Source: Eledone cirrhosa (Eukaryota). From it: DNA of 64,000 bases. The stretch is from contig OZ024742.1 in the NCBI GenBank assembly GCA_964016885.1, positions 72,044,001-72,108,000 on the forward strand, read 5' to 3'. How positions within the stretch are numbered: the stretch's first letter is position 1; the number at the start of each line of letters is the position of its first letter. A program made the translations under genes and the position numbers. Under the pieces are notes generated by a model. It was given only the letters and a program-made list of their open reading frames with translations. It did not search any database and was not told where the DNA came from. Below are positions 1 through 13,305 of this stretch, piece by piece.

Positions 1-89
1 TACAAATTTATAAATTTACAAATTTACAAACTTATAAATTTCTGGTTGGTTGGTTGGTTGGTTCCACAACCAGATAGTTGTTTATATAT

Positions 90-134
90 AGTCATAGTCC
101 TTTCGTCACACACTCTGTGACCTCTTCAGTGACT
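90..134 (-). ncRNA. Hammerhead ribozyme, inverted pLTR copy
   Basis: Exact reverse complement of 2720-2764. Confidence 0.72.
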
Positions 135-2719
135 GGGGATTCCTTTCTTCGTTTCTGTGCCTTTCCTTTCTTCTATCCTACGCCATTTTGTTTCTGTGTG
201 TGTGTTGTGTGCTCAGTATAGCAAGAAGCATAATAGAATCGAGGCCCAGCAACTGGGAGAAGAATCTGCAAATGGCTTGCGTAAGCTCATGCAGCGCTCG
301 CGTAATGGAGAGATAGCATGTTTTCCAACAGACAAGTCTGGCAGAATGTCGGTTGACAGCCTGCCAAACTACATCCAGGCAATGCAACCCCACATCACTA
401 ACACAAGAGAGGTAACACCACAGGAGCATGAGGATAGAGAAAAAGCCCTCAATGCCCATATGGTGATGTGGACGAATATAATGCAGCCCAACAAAAGGAC
501 TGCCAACAACTTCCAGGCCTGGAACAATGACGTGCCGGCGTTGTATGGGCTTCGAAAAGACCATAAGACGGGCTGGGACCCTGTCGCGGGACTACCAACA
601 CGGCCAGTCTGTGGGGCTAACATTGCTAGTAACTACAGACTGTCCTACTTCCTCTCCCTGATCATATGCCCCATCATTGAGATGTCCCCAGATGTGTGTG
701 ACAGCACGGAGGACCTCCTCAGCAGAATCGGCGCGGGTAACCGATCTGGGGACCTAACAAACTGCATAATAGGCAGTATGGATGTTGTGTCCCTGTATCC
801 ATCTATTGACGTGGATTTTGCTGTGGAGAAATGCGTAGAAATGATCAGCGAGAGCAAGGTTGAGTTCCGTGGGATTGATACCAGTGAGCTGGGACTTCTA
901 CTTAAGCTTACCCATAGTAATAGTTACCTAGACACTTATGACCTTAGCAACCTGTGCCCTACAAGACCAGCAAGAGGCAGACCACCTACCATTACCTCAA
1001 TGGCCAAGAAAACCCACACAGATAGATGGAACGGGTGGACCAGAGCCATACGGACACCCGAAAACCACGATGAACTGAAGAAAATGATTGCACATGCGGT
1101 AGGGGCCAGCATAAAATTAACCCTTAAGGAACATATGTTCAAATTTAATGGTAAAACATATGCCCAAGAGGAAGGAGCAGCCATTGGTGTTAGCATTGCA
1201 GGCGACATAGCTAACTTATTCATGGTATGGTGGGACAGTAGACTTAAACAAAAACTTAATGAACAATTAGAAGACAGCTTAACCCTGATAATGTACTCCC
1301 GCTACGTAGATGATATAAACATCGTAGTTAAGACACCCCCACTAAAGAACAGTCAGGAACTAGAGAAAAACACAATGGAAAGCATCCAGCAAATAGCAAA
1401 CTCCATCCACCAGAGCATTAGAGTTACTATAGACTACCCAAGTAGACACCCCAACCATCGATTACCTGTACTAGACACAGAGCTCTGGTTAGATACCATT
1501 AACAACCAAAAACAAATCCTCCATTCCCATTATGCCAAACCCATGACTTCCAAACATCTGATCCACCGAAACTCGGCCATTTCGGACCATACCAAAATCA
1601 ACATACTGATTGCGGATTTGGTACGGGTGATGAGAAATGTGTCCCGCATGTGCAACCCCGAAGAACTAGAGAGACACATACAACACTTCATCCACCGTAT
1701 GCAGTTCTCTGGCTACAATCAGAGAGATAGAATCAGAGTGTATAAAGGAGCCAGAACCAAATGGGAAAAAATGGTAAATAATGACATAAATGGGACCTGC
1801 CCCTTGTATAGGAGCAAATTTTGGAATAGAATAGAAAGAACTAGGAACAAGGCCAATAGAATAAACTCATGGTATGATAGCAATAAATACCAGAGTGTAA
1901 TGTTCATCAATACAACCCCTAGAGGCGAACTAGCCTACAAATTTAGAAGGGCCCTAAATAAACATAATCTCAATATTAAGATAGTAGAAAGACCTGGTAC
2001 CTCCGTAAAAACACTTATTAGCAAGACATACCCGTTCCAAAGACCCTCATGTATAGATAAGAAATGTATAACCTGTAAAATAAGTAGTGTATAGCATAAG
2101 ATGTACTGAAGGACAATGTAGAAACAAAAATATAGTGTACATAGGTGAGACAGCTCGTAGTATAGGGGAACGAATAAATGAACACTGGCGAGACCTCCAA
2201 GATAATAAAGAATCATCTGTGCTCCACCAACATGCTAAGATAGAACACAGGGGTAGATTAGAGAGCATAGAAATAAAAATAGAATCCACACACAGAAAAG
2301 ACGCAATGTTTAGGCAAATTACAGAGGCAGTAAGCATAAAAGAATTAAAACCAAAGTTAAATAGAAAATATGAGTGGAACAGCAACATCACAACTTACAA
2401 TTAAGGACAAAATGAAAACACACACACACATAGAACAAACAACTTACAATTAAGGACAAAATGAAAACACACACAAAATGAAAACACACACAGGACAAAA
2501 TGAAAACACACACACACATAGAACAAACAACCAACCAACAATAAATAAATAAATAAATAAACAAATAGATAAATGAACACAAAATAAATAAATGAACACA
2601 AACACACACAGACACCCGGATGTGGCGCATGCGCAAACTGAGCACACAACACACACACAGAAACAAAATGGCGTAGGATAGAAGAAAGGAAAGGCACAGA
2701 AACGAAGAAAGGAATCCCC

Positions 2720-2764
2720 AGTCACTGAAGAGGTCACAGAGTGTGTGACGAAAGGACTATGACT
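2720..2764 (+). ncRNA. Minimal type I hammerhead ribozyme in pLTR
   Basis: agtca-CTGAAGA-g gtcaca/tgtgac-GAAA-ggacta-tgact. Stem I agtca/tgact; stem III rudimentary. Confidence 0.75.
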
Positions 2765-2983
2765 ATATATAAACAACTATCTGGTTGTGGAACCAACCAA
2801 CCAACCAGAAATTTATAAGTTTGTAAATTTGTAAATTTATAAATTTGTAAATATATAATAAATTGAAGTGAAAGCAACTGGTGCGTGTGTTTCTTATTGG
2901 CAACATGACCCTCCCAAAGTATAACAATATCGGTTTCAACACACGATTTCAGATAAAGAATCTTGCTAAACAATTCAGAAACG

Positions 2984-3107
<124 letters not shown>

Positions 3108-3325
3108 GCGCGTGTCTCTGTCTTTGTTTACTGCAACAATAATGTTCACATTGATTGAATGCCGAAATGAAAACAAATTTAATTAAACATTCTTTCTACA
3201 CACCTCATCATTTTTTTTTATAGATACTATGTTAGTACACACAAGCACGCACACAAACACACATAAAATGGAATTCGACTCAATAATAATTACAACCATT
3301 GCTTGTTGAATCAAAGATGACGTAC

Positions 3326-4847
3326 CTTAAAAAATCATTGTCTATTTTCAAAGATTCTTCATAATTCTGCATCTCTTCAAGAATATTTTTGAAGTCGTAA
3401 AATAAATCCTGATCTTTATTTCCGATGAGATAACGGAAGTCGTACATAGATCTAACCTCCTCGTGGATTTTATCTATTTCAGTTGTTTTTCCAACAGGAT
3501 CTTGCAAGAACTCCGTCATGTTAGCAAATTCGTAATATTCATAACAGTCTTTGTCATTGAAGATAGATTCCCAAATGGCAACGGAAGCTTGGGACAATTT
3601 CTTCCAATTATCATACAACAATGTTCCTCGAGATCGAACTTCATTAAAGAAGGCCTTCAAGTTGTTCATACCTTCATGTGTTCTCTGTGAATTCAGCTTG
3701 ATGGCTAATTGTTTCTTTGAAATCGAATTATTCAAGTAATTGTCGGCTAACTTGATAATACCATCTAAATCTGCAATTATATTACTTTGAAGAGAAGAAT
3801 GTAAAGAATGGATATTGTATAGGTTTAGCTTTATATCATTGGCTACATTTTCGTAATTATTCCAAAGCTGTTTGAATTGATTGTTTTTTTTCTTCACTTC
3901 TTCCAAAGCCCAGTCAACACAGTAATAATAAAATGCACTTTTAGCGAAGTTGTAGTTCTTGCAGGCCTTTCCATATTTGAAAGACGCAATTTTTAATTCA
4001 CTCTCATTCACTTTACCTGTTGTGTAAGTGTCATTTGCTAATTCCATGAACTTGTTGAGATACTTCATAATATAATTAATATAAACTGGAACTTTACGGC
4101 TATATTTCCGAGAATAGCTGGAATAAGTAAGCGATTTGTTGAAAAGCCACCGTGGCACAATATAATTGTTATGGCTCCGGGGAATATTCAAAAACTTATA
4201 TCGGAAAATTGGTGTTCCATTTACAAAGGAACCTAATAACTCCGTGTAATTTTGAAGGGCTCTTTCACAACCCTCCATATGTTCTAGGCAATCTCTATTA
4301 ATTAGGAAGTAGATGATGTCTGTGAGATTTTTTTCAATGATATCGGGTTTGATGAGGCTTTGGATCTGGTTTGTAATTCTGAAACTGAAACTTATAAAAT
4401 CGAAACCCAAATATTTCAGCGTTCTTTCTTCCATGGCTTCTCTTCCACGGATGAAATTTTTCTCGGTTATGTAAATCTGGTATTTATTCAGCATTTGTTT
4501 CACTCCCCATTGTGTCTTGGTTTCATTATTCAGCTTGTTAATTTCTTCCATTTGGCTTCGGATTTGATTCAAGAGATCGCCATCGAATAAGTTCTTAATA
4601 GGACGAAAGCTGTTTTTCAGATTGTTCAAGAGGTCTTTGGTTTTGTTGAAGATATTCAGTTGCATGCGGTTGGTTATTTCTTTGGCTAGGAGGAATTTTT
4701 CCTTGATGCCACTGCTCAGGATGCGAGACAACAAAGCATGAAGGGCATACGTTGATGAGCTGGCATAAGAAATTGTCGGCTCAAACATTAACGACTTGCA
4801 AGGAACGGGACAAACACATGATTTGCTCACATAATCCAATATTTGTG
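3326..4847 (-). CDS. DEG/ENaC giant exon: thumb end (CxCPVPC), beta10 and a greatly expanded knuckle
   Basis: ttctag|CACAAATA...GATTTTTTAAG|gtacgt. 1522 nt open frame (within ORF 3280..4902), from AQILDYVSKSCVCPVPCKSLMFEPTISYAS to IDNDFLR, the position that normally precedes beta11. Phase 1-2. Confidence 0.92.
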
Positions 4848-5516
4848 CTAGAAAATAAGAAAAAACATATACATATATATATACGCACACACACACACAC
4901 ACACAAGTGTGTGTGTGTGTGTATATATATATATTGAAAACATTTTCCGACCCTTTGTTTAGTAAATTTTCTACACCTGGATGCCCTTCCTATCACCAGC
5001 CACTTTATTGTATGTACTGAGTACATTTATCGTGTAGATCACCAACACTTGATACAAACAACTGAAGATTCCTTTCGACACTTTTGTTTTTAAATGGATT
5101 CTACAGCTGGACATGCTTCATATCACCAACCACCTCATAGGGCGTAATGGATGCATTTTTTCGTGACACCAGTATTAGAGGTGATGATGGTCATTGACGC
5201 AACTAAAGTGCCCTCTCTATTCTACAGGTAGGGGACTATGACCTGTAAGAAGGATAAGTGTGATGTGTTGGTTGTATGAAAGGTTTGGTGGGGCGATAGT
5301 ATTTGGCAGGGGAGGGGTTGACTTCCAATAGTGGAGGAGGTACTGTGCTGATAACAGCTACTGAGGAGTGATATATATACCGCTGGAACAAAAGGATGCA
5401 GTTGTTCATCTACCACACAGTGTCTTATGAGGCTGTTTACTTGTAAACAAAGCGAATATCAATAATATTATCGTAATAGTATTCACTTATGAAGACATAC
5501 ATACACACGCGCGCGC

Positions 5517-5571
<55 letters not shown>

Positions 5572-5681
5572 CATATATATTCTACTAATATATTGAGTAC
5601 CATACTTACTGTGGTTACCCTCGATTGAACCCGGGGCTCTCTCTCTCACACACATACACACACACACACACACGCACACAC

Positions 5682-6675
5682 AGTCGAGGGGATTGCAGTC
5701 AGGCGAGCTGGGAGGCAAAATGTCAGATGAAGTGGGATCGACGAAGTTCTCTGACAGCCAGGCTTGGGTCTTTCGGCTGGTATGGCAGGGCGCTGAGTCT
5801 TGCTGCCACACGTACGGCCTACCTGCAGTTACCTGGTCGATCCAGGGCTTTACTACTTCGCTCAGAAGGCGGATGTAGCCATCAGTGTTCAGCTTGAGGC
5901 CCTCAGGGAAGAAGTGAGGTGGCATGACGTCACCTTGACTGCTGACGACACCTAAGACCAATGTTGTCGCTGGAAACTTTGTCTACATGACTCTGGGCAC
6001 GTCTTTGGATGAGACAGCGAGCCACCTGTTGTTCTGGGAGTTGATCTTCTGGTCGTGGCAGAAGTTTTTCTCGTCGGAGAAAAACCACAGCATGTCTGGC
6101 TCCAGTGGGTGTTTCAACTTGTTGATCAGCTTCTTTGCGTGCTTCAGTCGCTTTTCTTGCATCGCCTTTGACAGAAATTGTCCTTTCCTCATCTTGTATG
6201 AAACGTAGCGAATGTCTTCATGTACCACCAGCCTAATGAGCGTTTCATCCACGTCTTTCTCCCTTGCAATGGCACGCATCGACTTGCTAGGTTCATTGTT
6301 GATGATATCCTGAACTTCAGCGACGAACTCGGGCGTTCTGAAGGCGTCAGATCGTCGATCATGTGTTTTCCTCTCTGTTGTTTCTTCGTAGTCGAATCCT
6401 GAATTTTCCGATTCCTTTCTGACCTTTTCCACCATTCTCCTGCTGACGCTGAGAAAGTTGGAAATTTCCTTATTTGTCCTCCCGGCGCGAACTCCAAGAA
6501 GAACTCCGTGTCTCTTCCACAAATTTGGAGGTTCAAAATTATTCATAATCAATTATTCTGAAAATAAATAATGGAAATATAGTCACTTTTTTATGAAGAC
6601 AAGAGTGACAACGGAAGTAAAAAAAATTTGCAGAAAATTAGCAGTTGAAAATTGCGAACAAATATCTTCCACACC

Positions 6676-6678
<3 letters not shown>
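5682..6678 (-). mobile_element. Tc1/mariner DD37D (maT-type) transposon, 3'-truncated, one premature stop
   Basis: TA|CAGGGTG terminus at 6678. Motifs FFSDEKNF, WQQDSAPCH, SPDCNPLD with 37 aa between the 2nd and 3rd Asp. In-frame TAG at 5983-5985. Confidence 0.9.
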
Positions 6679-6750
<72 letters not shown>

Positions 6751-7321
6751 GAAAGTATTCAATGGAAAACAGGAATTTGAACAATCATGTGCAGCATGAA
6801 AAAAATGTAGAGGGCTCTGCGTAAAGGTCTGCATTATTACTTTAACTGAATTTTCGAAAGCTCAAAATGACTTAATGTGCACTGAGTGTGGACGAGTTTG
6901 CCTCAGCAAAGCTGATTTTAGAAGTCATCATAGATGCCATGTACAAAATGTTATCGATTATGGTCTCTTTGGCATTTCTTCCTGCCAGGGGTATGGAAAA
7001 CAATGTACCTCGATCCGTGGACTCCGATGTCGTTTGTAAGTTCACCAAAACAAAACAGGGAACCAAAATGGGAGTAACGTTCATCTCTGCGGCATATGTA
7101 GAACGAAATACAGCTCCTTAACATAGTTAAAAACCATGTTTGTGCCACCCATGTGTAAGAAAAGAATCAAGTAATGGCAACTCTTGAAATCGGGATGCAG
7201 CCTGTATGTATGTGTGTATGTATGTATGTATGTATGTATGTATGTATGTATGTATGTATGTATGTATGTATGTATGTATGTATGTATGTATGCATGTATG
7301 CATGTTTTGTATGGCGAGTTT

Positions 7322-8060
7322 TGTAAGGTGAGAGACCACCTCACAAGCCAAAGCTACGATTCAAGTATCACTCGAAACGATCGGAATTCTCCTATAAATT
7401 ACCCGGCGAAGATTCGAAACCAAATCTAAGACTTTTCGCATCTGAGACCACCCATTATAGGGAATTTCCCACGATTGTCCTGTCAAGAAACAGGATGATA
7501 AACGTACATACCACTTGACCTGTGACCCCAGCTTCTTGAAAGACAATATCCACACATCCTTCTAACTATAACATTATTATAAATACAAGGACTTTGGGTG
7601 CCCAGCAGAGATAGTGATAACACAGACGAGAGAAGAAGTTTCCACTAACACTGAAATTTCTCTTCACGAAAAACCAGTCTGTTTGCTATTTTCTCACATG
7701 CCATGTCTGCCTGACAGATTGACCACTACTACTAAGGCAATAACGTATACTAAGAATACACACACAGATAGTAAGTTTAATTTGTTTACTGCTATGCTTC
7801 ACCTATTCTTTCGTCTTCCTGTCATATTGTATCTATCAGATACAACACAACCTTTACTATCTCGTTTTCAGTGATACATGCATTTACGCTAGCTCGCAGA
7901 AGCTAGTCAGCTAATGTGTAGTGATAATTCATGTCATAAATTTTATTACTCGATGTTCAAATTGAATATTGTTATTGTAAAATAAACATTGTTAACAACA
8001 CAATCCTGGCATTATTCTTTTCAACAAACACCCGTCAAAGAATTCCATTTTATCTACTAC
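7322..8060 (+). mobile_element. Possible solo LTR
   Basis: TGTA...TACA ends, TATAAA near 7578, AATAAA near 7981. No matching TSD seen. Confidence 0.35.
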
Positions 8061-8532
8061 AGGTGTATCCATTGAATTGGTGTGCCCTGAGTGTGTAAAG
8101 ATGTGCTTGGGCGAATCTGGTCTCAGGAGCCACAGTCGCAGCCATGTTCAGAGAGAACCAGCGAATATGATCTCCACGGTATTGAAAAATGTAATGATGC
8201 AACGATATCGTCAATATGCGAGGGAGATCCAACGCTATCGTCAATATGCGAAGGACTGCAAGTCTCTAGCAGACTTAAAAAGCCAGAACCGAGCGTCACA
8301 CATGTAAATCTGACAAATGACTGCAATACTCTTAGCGTGAGTTTGCAGCAATCATGTATGTATGTATGTATGTATGTATGTATGTATGTATGTATGTATG
8401 TATGTATGTATGTATGTATGTATGTATGTATGTATGTATGTATATATATGTATGTATGTATATATATATATGTATATATGTATGTATATATGTATGTATG
8501 TATATATGTATGTATATACATACATACATATA

Positions 8533-8824
8533 TGGTTAAGAGAGTGGGACTGGCTTTGTGCAGTGCTTTGCTCACTATAAAAGCTTCACAGCACAGGCAT
8601 TGCTTTATATCTGGAGATCTCTCTGCACTTGTCATCACATGGTACCATGGGCCCTGCACTATGTGTCAATAATGGTCACAAGTGTAGTCTTTGTACCAGA
8701 GTTTTCAAGTCGCTGGCTGGACTAAAAAGTCACATTCGTTCAGCGCATCGGTAGGGGTTCTCCTACATGGATATAAAGTAGTGGCCGCACTCGAAAACGA
8801 GTTGGCAGCCACCATGTATATATG

Positions 8825-8858
<34 letters not shown>

Positions 8859-9139
8859 TGTATATATGTATATATGTATGTATGTATGTATGCATGTATG
8901 TATGTATGTATGTATGTATGTATATATGCTTTATATCTGGAGATCTCTCTGCACTTGTCGTCACATGGTACCATGGGCCCAGCACTATGTGTCAATAATT
9001 GTCACAAGTGTAGTGTTTGTACCAGAGTTTTCAAGTCACTGGCTGGACTAAAAAGTCACACTCGTTCAGCGCATCGGTAGGGATTCTCCTACATGGATAT
9101 AAAGTAGTGGCCGTACTCGAAAACGAGTTGGCAGCCACC
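8533..9139 (+). mobile_element. Two 5'-truncated copies of a LINE-3'-derived repeat (C2H2 finger remnant, (ATGT)n tail)
   Basis: Copies at 8533-8813 and 8927-9139 encode [22 protein letters not shown] and end ...gcagccacc(ATGT)n. A diverged relative lies at ~8070-8353. Confidence 0.8.
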
Positions 9140-9186
9140 ATGTATGTATGTATGTATGTATGTATGTATGTATGTATGTATGTATG

Positions 9187-9277
<91 letters not shown>

Positions 9278-9376
9278 ATGTATGTATGTATGTATGTATG
9301 TACGTATGCATGCATGTATGTATGTTCAAGGGAAAGTGTGTTTAGTCATTTTACATTTAAATGTAAGCACACGTAC

Positions 9377-9433
9377 CTTTTCTTGGTATATAGCAGTCTT
9401 GGTGTTGTTGTAGAGTACAAGCAGGTGGAGAAC
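9377..9433 (-). CDS. DEG/ENaC small exon: thumb (PxCTxxQxxxC)
   Basis: tgttag|...|gtacgt. Translates GSPPACTLQQHQDCYIPRK. 57 nt, phase 1-1, bridging the neighbouring exons in frame. Confidence 0.9.
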
Positions 9434-9487
9434 CTAACAATGAATAAATAAGTAAAATAAATAAATTACACACACACACGCGCGCGA

Positions 9488-9591
<104 letters not shown>

Positions 9592-10020
9592 ACACTAACA
9601 AACAAACATATATGCCAAGAATACAAGAAACAAACAAACAAGAGGATGCATTAACATAGTCTTATTAGTTTCACGCTTAAAAGAGGGTTAAACAGTCAAC
9701 GTGTCGGAGTGTAGGATAAAGACAGAATAAAAAAGGGAAACACGAACAAAAAAAAAATTAAATTAAATTAAAATTAAAATGAAAAAGGAGAGGGAGAGGA
9801 AGAGTTATGATGGGTAGGGGAGTGTCTGGCATGTGGGGGTGGGGGTCGAGGGGATGACTGCAGACGTGTAGTTGGTGGTTGTGTGTAGGTGATATATAAA
9901 CAAAGCTTGGTTGACTTATGAAGCATTGGGAAATTTGTAATTATTGCTACAATGCAGATAATATGAAAATAGTTGATAACCTTTCCCCAATTTATTTAAC
10001 TATTATTTATGGTTATCAAC

Positions 10021-10200
10021 TATTGGCAGTATCGGTAGAGGGTCAGACGCCACGCATAGAGTTACGGCCCTTGCCATTCTGAGTTCAAATCCCGCCGAGG
10101 TTAACTTTGCCTTTCATCCTTACGGGGGTCGATAAAATAAAGTACCAGTAATGTACTGGGTAATTGGTGGCCTTGTGCCAATAGTAGAAAGAATTATTAT
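10021..10200 (+). mobile_element. tRNA-derived SINE
   Basis: A-box tggcagtatcggta, B-box gagttcaaatcc, shared core gccgaggttaactttgcctttcatcc...gggtcgataaaataaagtacc. Five copies in the window. Confidence 0.8.
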
Positions 10201-10242
10201 AGTTATCTGCATCTTGACATCTATATTTTCAAACACACACAG

Positions 10243-10307
<65 letters not shown>

Positions 10308-10733
10308 GTCATAAAAACAACTGCTTAGTGTCGGTACCATAATAAAGTGCACACAGTACATTTGTAAGTGATACTGCTGGAGTCACGATAAAATGTACAC
10401 AATACACGCTGTAACGGGGTTGGCATTAGGAAGGTTCAACTGATGCCAAAGAAAGGACCATATGAACAAGATATGATAATCTATTTTGTCTCGACAAATA
10501 ATCCCAACACATGGTCGAATGGAAAACCAAGGTAAGAGGATGATGATGATGATGATGATGATGATAATGATATAACGTTGAAACTGCAAAGGGAGGTCTG
10601 AAATCTGACGAGCCCACAGTAACATTGCAGGGCTCACTAGTATTTTAGGGAGCCAAAGCTTTACTTTCAAAATTACCTGAAATCTAAGAGAAAGAATAAA
10701 ACTTAAAAAAAAAAAAATAATAAAACACACAAG

Positions 10734-10770
<37 letters not shown>

Positions 10771-10775
<5 letters not shown>

Positions 10776-11415
10776 CATGTATATGTACATACATATATGT
10801 ATATAGACGTACAGTAGTATGTATATACATACATACATGCACACATATATATACGTATGGGTTTACCGAACATTTATTATAATGTTCGGTTTGTTTGTAA
10901 ACAAACAGCCCGAATTAAGCCGTACAGTGTTCGGCAACCATCGTTGCCCTTTTGTTCAACACTGACAAAGGAACGATGAACTAGTTTCTAGCTTATTAGC
11001 TGTCATTAGCACCGTATACCTTCTTGTCAGTCGATTGACCGTTTGAAAGTATATATTTTCCTTATGCATATTAACGGTTGAGCAGCCTAATTTGCATATC
11101 GAGCGAGTTAGTCGGCCGGGCGTACCGAAAACGATAAATGGAAAAAATGAAATTTCATTTCTCACACTCAGCACGGTTGATACCTAAATATAAGCATGTA
11201 CACGTACATACATATATGTATACAGGCGTACGGTAGTATGTATATACATACATACATGCACACACATATATATGTACGTATGGGTTTACCGAACATTTAT
11301 TATAATGTTCGGTTTGTTTGTAAACAAACAGCCCGAATTAAGCCGTACAGTGTTCGGGAACCATCGTTGCCCTTTTGTTCAACACTGACAAAGGAACGTA
11401 TGGGTTTACCGAACA

Positions 11416-11418
<3 letters not shown>
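10771..11418 (-). repeat. ~423-bp tandem pLTR-like repeat (about 1.5 units) carrying a hammerhead motif
   Basis: acgtatgggtttaccgaacatt recurs at 10853, 11276 and 11396. Hammerhead motif at 10973-11015. Confidence 0.75.
10973..11015 (-). ncRNA. Hammerhead ribozyme with G5A core change
   Basis: acggtg-CTAATGA-c agct aata agct a-GAAA-ctagtt-catcgt; palindromic stem III AACTAGTT. Confidence 0.65.
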
Positions 11419-11482
<64 letters not shown>

Positions 11483-11487
<5 letters not shown>

Positions 11488-11608
11488 TGTATGTATAGTA
11501 TATTTGGTAATATACCGTATGTTTAATTAAAAACATTTTGAAGACCTTGCTCTATCATTTTTAATTAAACATACGGTATATTACCAAATATACTATACAT
11601 ACATTCAT
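11483..11608. repeat. Perfect 51-bp inverted repeat with 24-nt loop
   Basis: 11483-11533 is the exact reverse complement of 11558-11608. Confidence 0.9.
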
Positions 11609-11754
11609 GTATGCATCGCTATTTCAGAGCACCAATCCTAATTTTTATATATATATATTTATTTATTTATATACTTACACACAAACTACTGACCAAATGA
11701 TGTTTGGTACCAATGGGTTAAAGACATCTGGCAAATCAATTAGTGGTGAAAGTG

Positions 11755-11817
<63 letters not shown>

Positions 11818-11818
<1 letters not shown>

Positions 11819-13243
11819 TAGCAATTTAGCCCGGCGTTGCTCGGGTTTGTTCATTTGCTATGAAAAGTTACATACAGGTAAACGTGGCTTGAAAGCAAAT
11901 AAGCTTATCAATTAAGTGCATAAAGCAGTTGAACCGGTTATTAAAAGTTACGAACCAATTACCATTTTGGACAATCAATGTTGGGTTAATAATCTTCCAA
12001 TAGCGAATTTAGCAGACCAAAGTTGCAAGATGGTGGCCCTGATGCCGCTGGGTGTCAGATCTGTCCGCCATGGGTGACCCTACCAAGAAATAGTTTCCAG
12101 ACGGCATAGCTCCAACACTGCCAACACCTGCACCAACATCTATAGCACCTCTTTGTAGACGATATTACGTGTCATCCCTTGATGAGTGTAAGCAAAAAGT
12201 CCATTCCTGCTCCCTACGCGGGAACAGGCAACATAAAGTTGGCCATGGGAGAAGCATGGCTCCCCCAAATGGATGCCCGCCACCGACAATGTTTGCCCTT
12301 GTGACTTGTTAATGGGCATGGCAAAACATGGTCTCACCGGGAATTGGTATCGCCGGAAATCGAACGGGATATCTGACGCCGAGGGGAAAAGGTTCATCCT
12401 TGGCAGTGTATTCGGCAGAATTTCCAGAAGTACAACACTATGAAAGTCGTAAAAAATAAATAATTTAAACATTCCCATTCATATGTCTATAGCATTAATC
12501 TGTTATATGAAGTGTTATTTTGCGGGTTGTTATTTGCAATAAGCCGATTTAAAATACATACCCCCAGAAAAGCCGTATGTCAATACGGAACTCCAATGAC
12601 TCCCCCAGCAGTTAAATTATAGAGAGGGGGAATAATCTATTATAGAGAAAGGGAAGCGCGATGGAGAGAGTAAAGCTAAGAAACTATAGGGAGGTGCGTA
12701 AAACAGTGTTGTCATATAGAGAGTGAAGAGCGACAGAGAGAGTAAAGCAGTTAAATTATAGAGAGGGGGAATAATCTATTATAGAGAGAGGGAAGAGCGA
12801 CGGAATGAGTAAAGCTAAGAAACTATAGGGAGGTGTGTTAAACCTCAAAGCGTGAAGAGAGTAAAGCAGTTAAATTATAGAGAGGGGGAATGATCTATTA
12901 TAGAGAGAGGGAAGAGCGACGGAGAGAGCATTATGACTATGTTTGTTGTATAAAATGATGTGTTGCTTAGCTTTCAAAGTTTATGTCGCGTTCCTGAACG
13001 AAGTTTTGTCGCTGTTGGGTAGTAGAGAGAGTGAATAAGCGTGTAAGAGAGAGGGTTACAGCATGTTTTTATCGATGTTTTTCATAGAAGCAGGAAATAT
13101 TTGGCAAAGTTTATTACGCGCTGACATCGTTAGTAAATTTGGAGCACATTGGAAAAAAATCATCAAAATCTCTAGAGAAATGTGGAAATGCATAAAAATC
13201 ATACACACACACAGACAGACATCTTCCGTTTTATATATATAGT
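11818..13243 (-). mobile_element. Non-autonomous Helitron with PIF1-helicase C-terminal remnant
   Basis: 3' end hairpin cccgagcaacgccggg plus CTAG at 11818. Peptide QFPVRPCFAMPINKSQGQTL...FSHGQLYVACSRV (12140-12420). Internal ~120-bp tandem repeats 12607-12930. Confidence 0.9.
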
Positions 13244-13246
13244 GAT

Positions 13247-13305
<59 letters not shown>

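Larger units (their letters stand above)
1..2852 (+). mobile_element. Penelope-like element (RT + GIY-YIG), 5'-truncated, with inverted pseudo-LTR
   Basis: RT motifs SMDVVSLYPSID, GAAIG, SRYVDD (~217-2094). GIY-YIG motif YIGETARSIGERINEH (2087-2404, different frame). 1-216 is the reverse complement of ~2638-2850. Confidence 0.93.

Noticed and set aside
157-216. N-terminus of the 645-aa ORF
   Set aside because: It is inverted pLTR sequence that happens to be in frame, not part of the RT.
3280-3325. ORF read-through (YVIFDSTSNGCNYY*) as the true C-terminus
   Set aside because: A good AG|gtacgt donor sits at 3325, exactly where beta11/TM2 should follow; nothing supports a TM2-less isoform.
6840-7130. 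Overlapping short ORFs, possibly a transposase or exon
   Set aside because: No recognisable motif, and not needed for the channel reading frame.
12607-12930. Repeats with spacer-like intervals (CRISPR-like)
   Set aside because: Eukaryotic context; the intervals are themselves repeated, so this is an internal Helitron tandem repeat.
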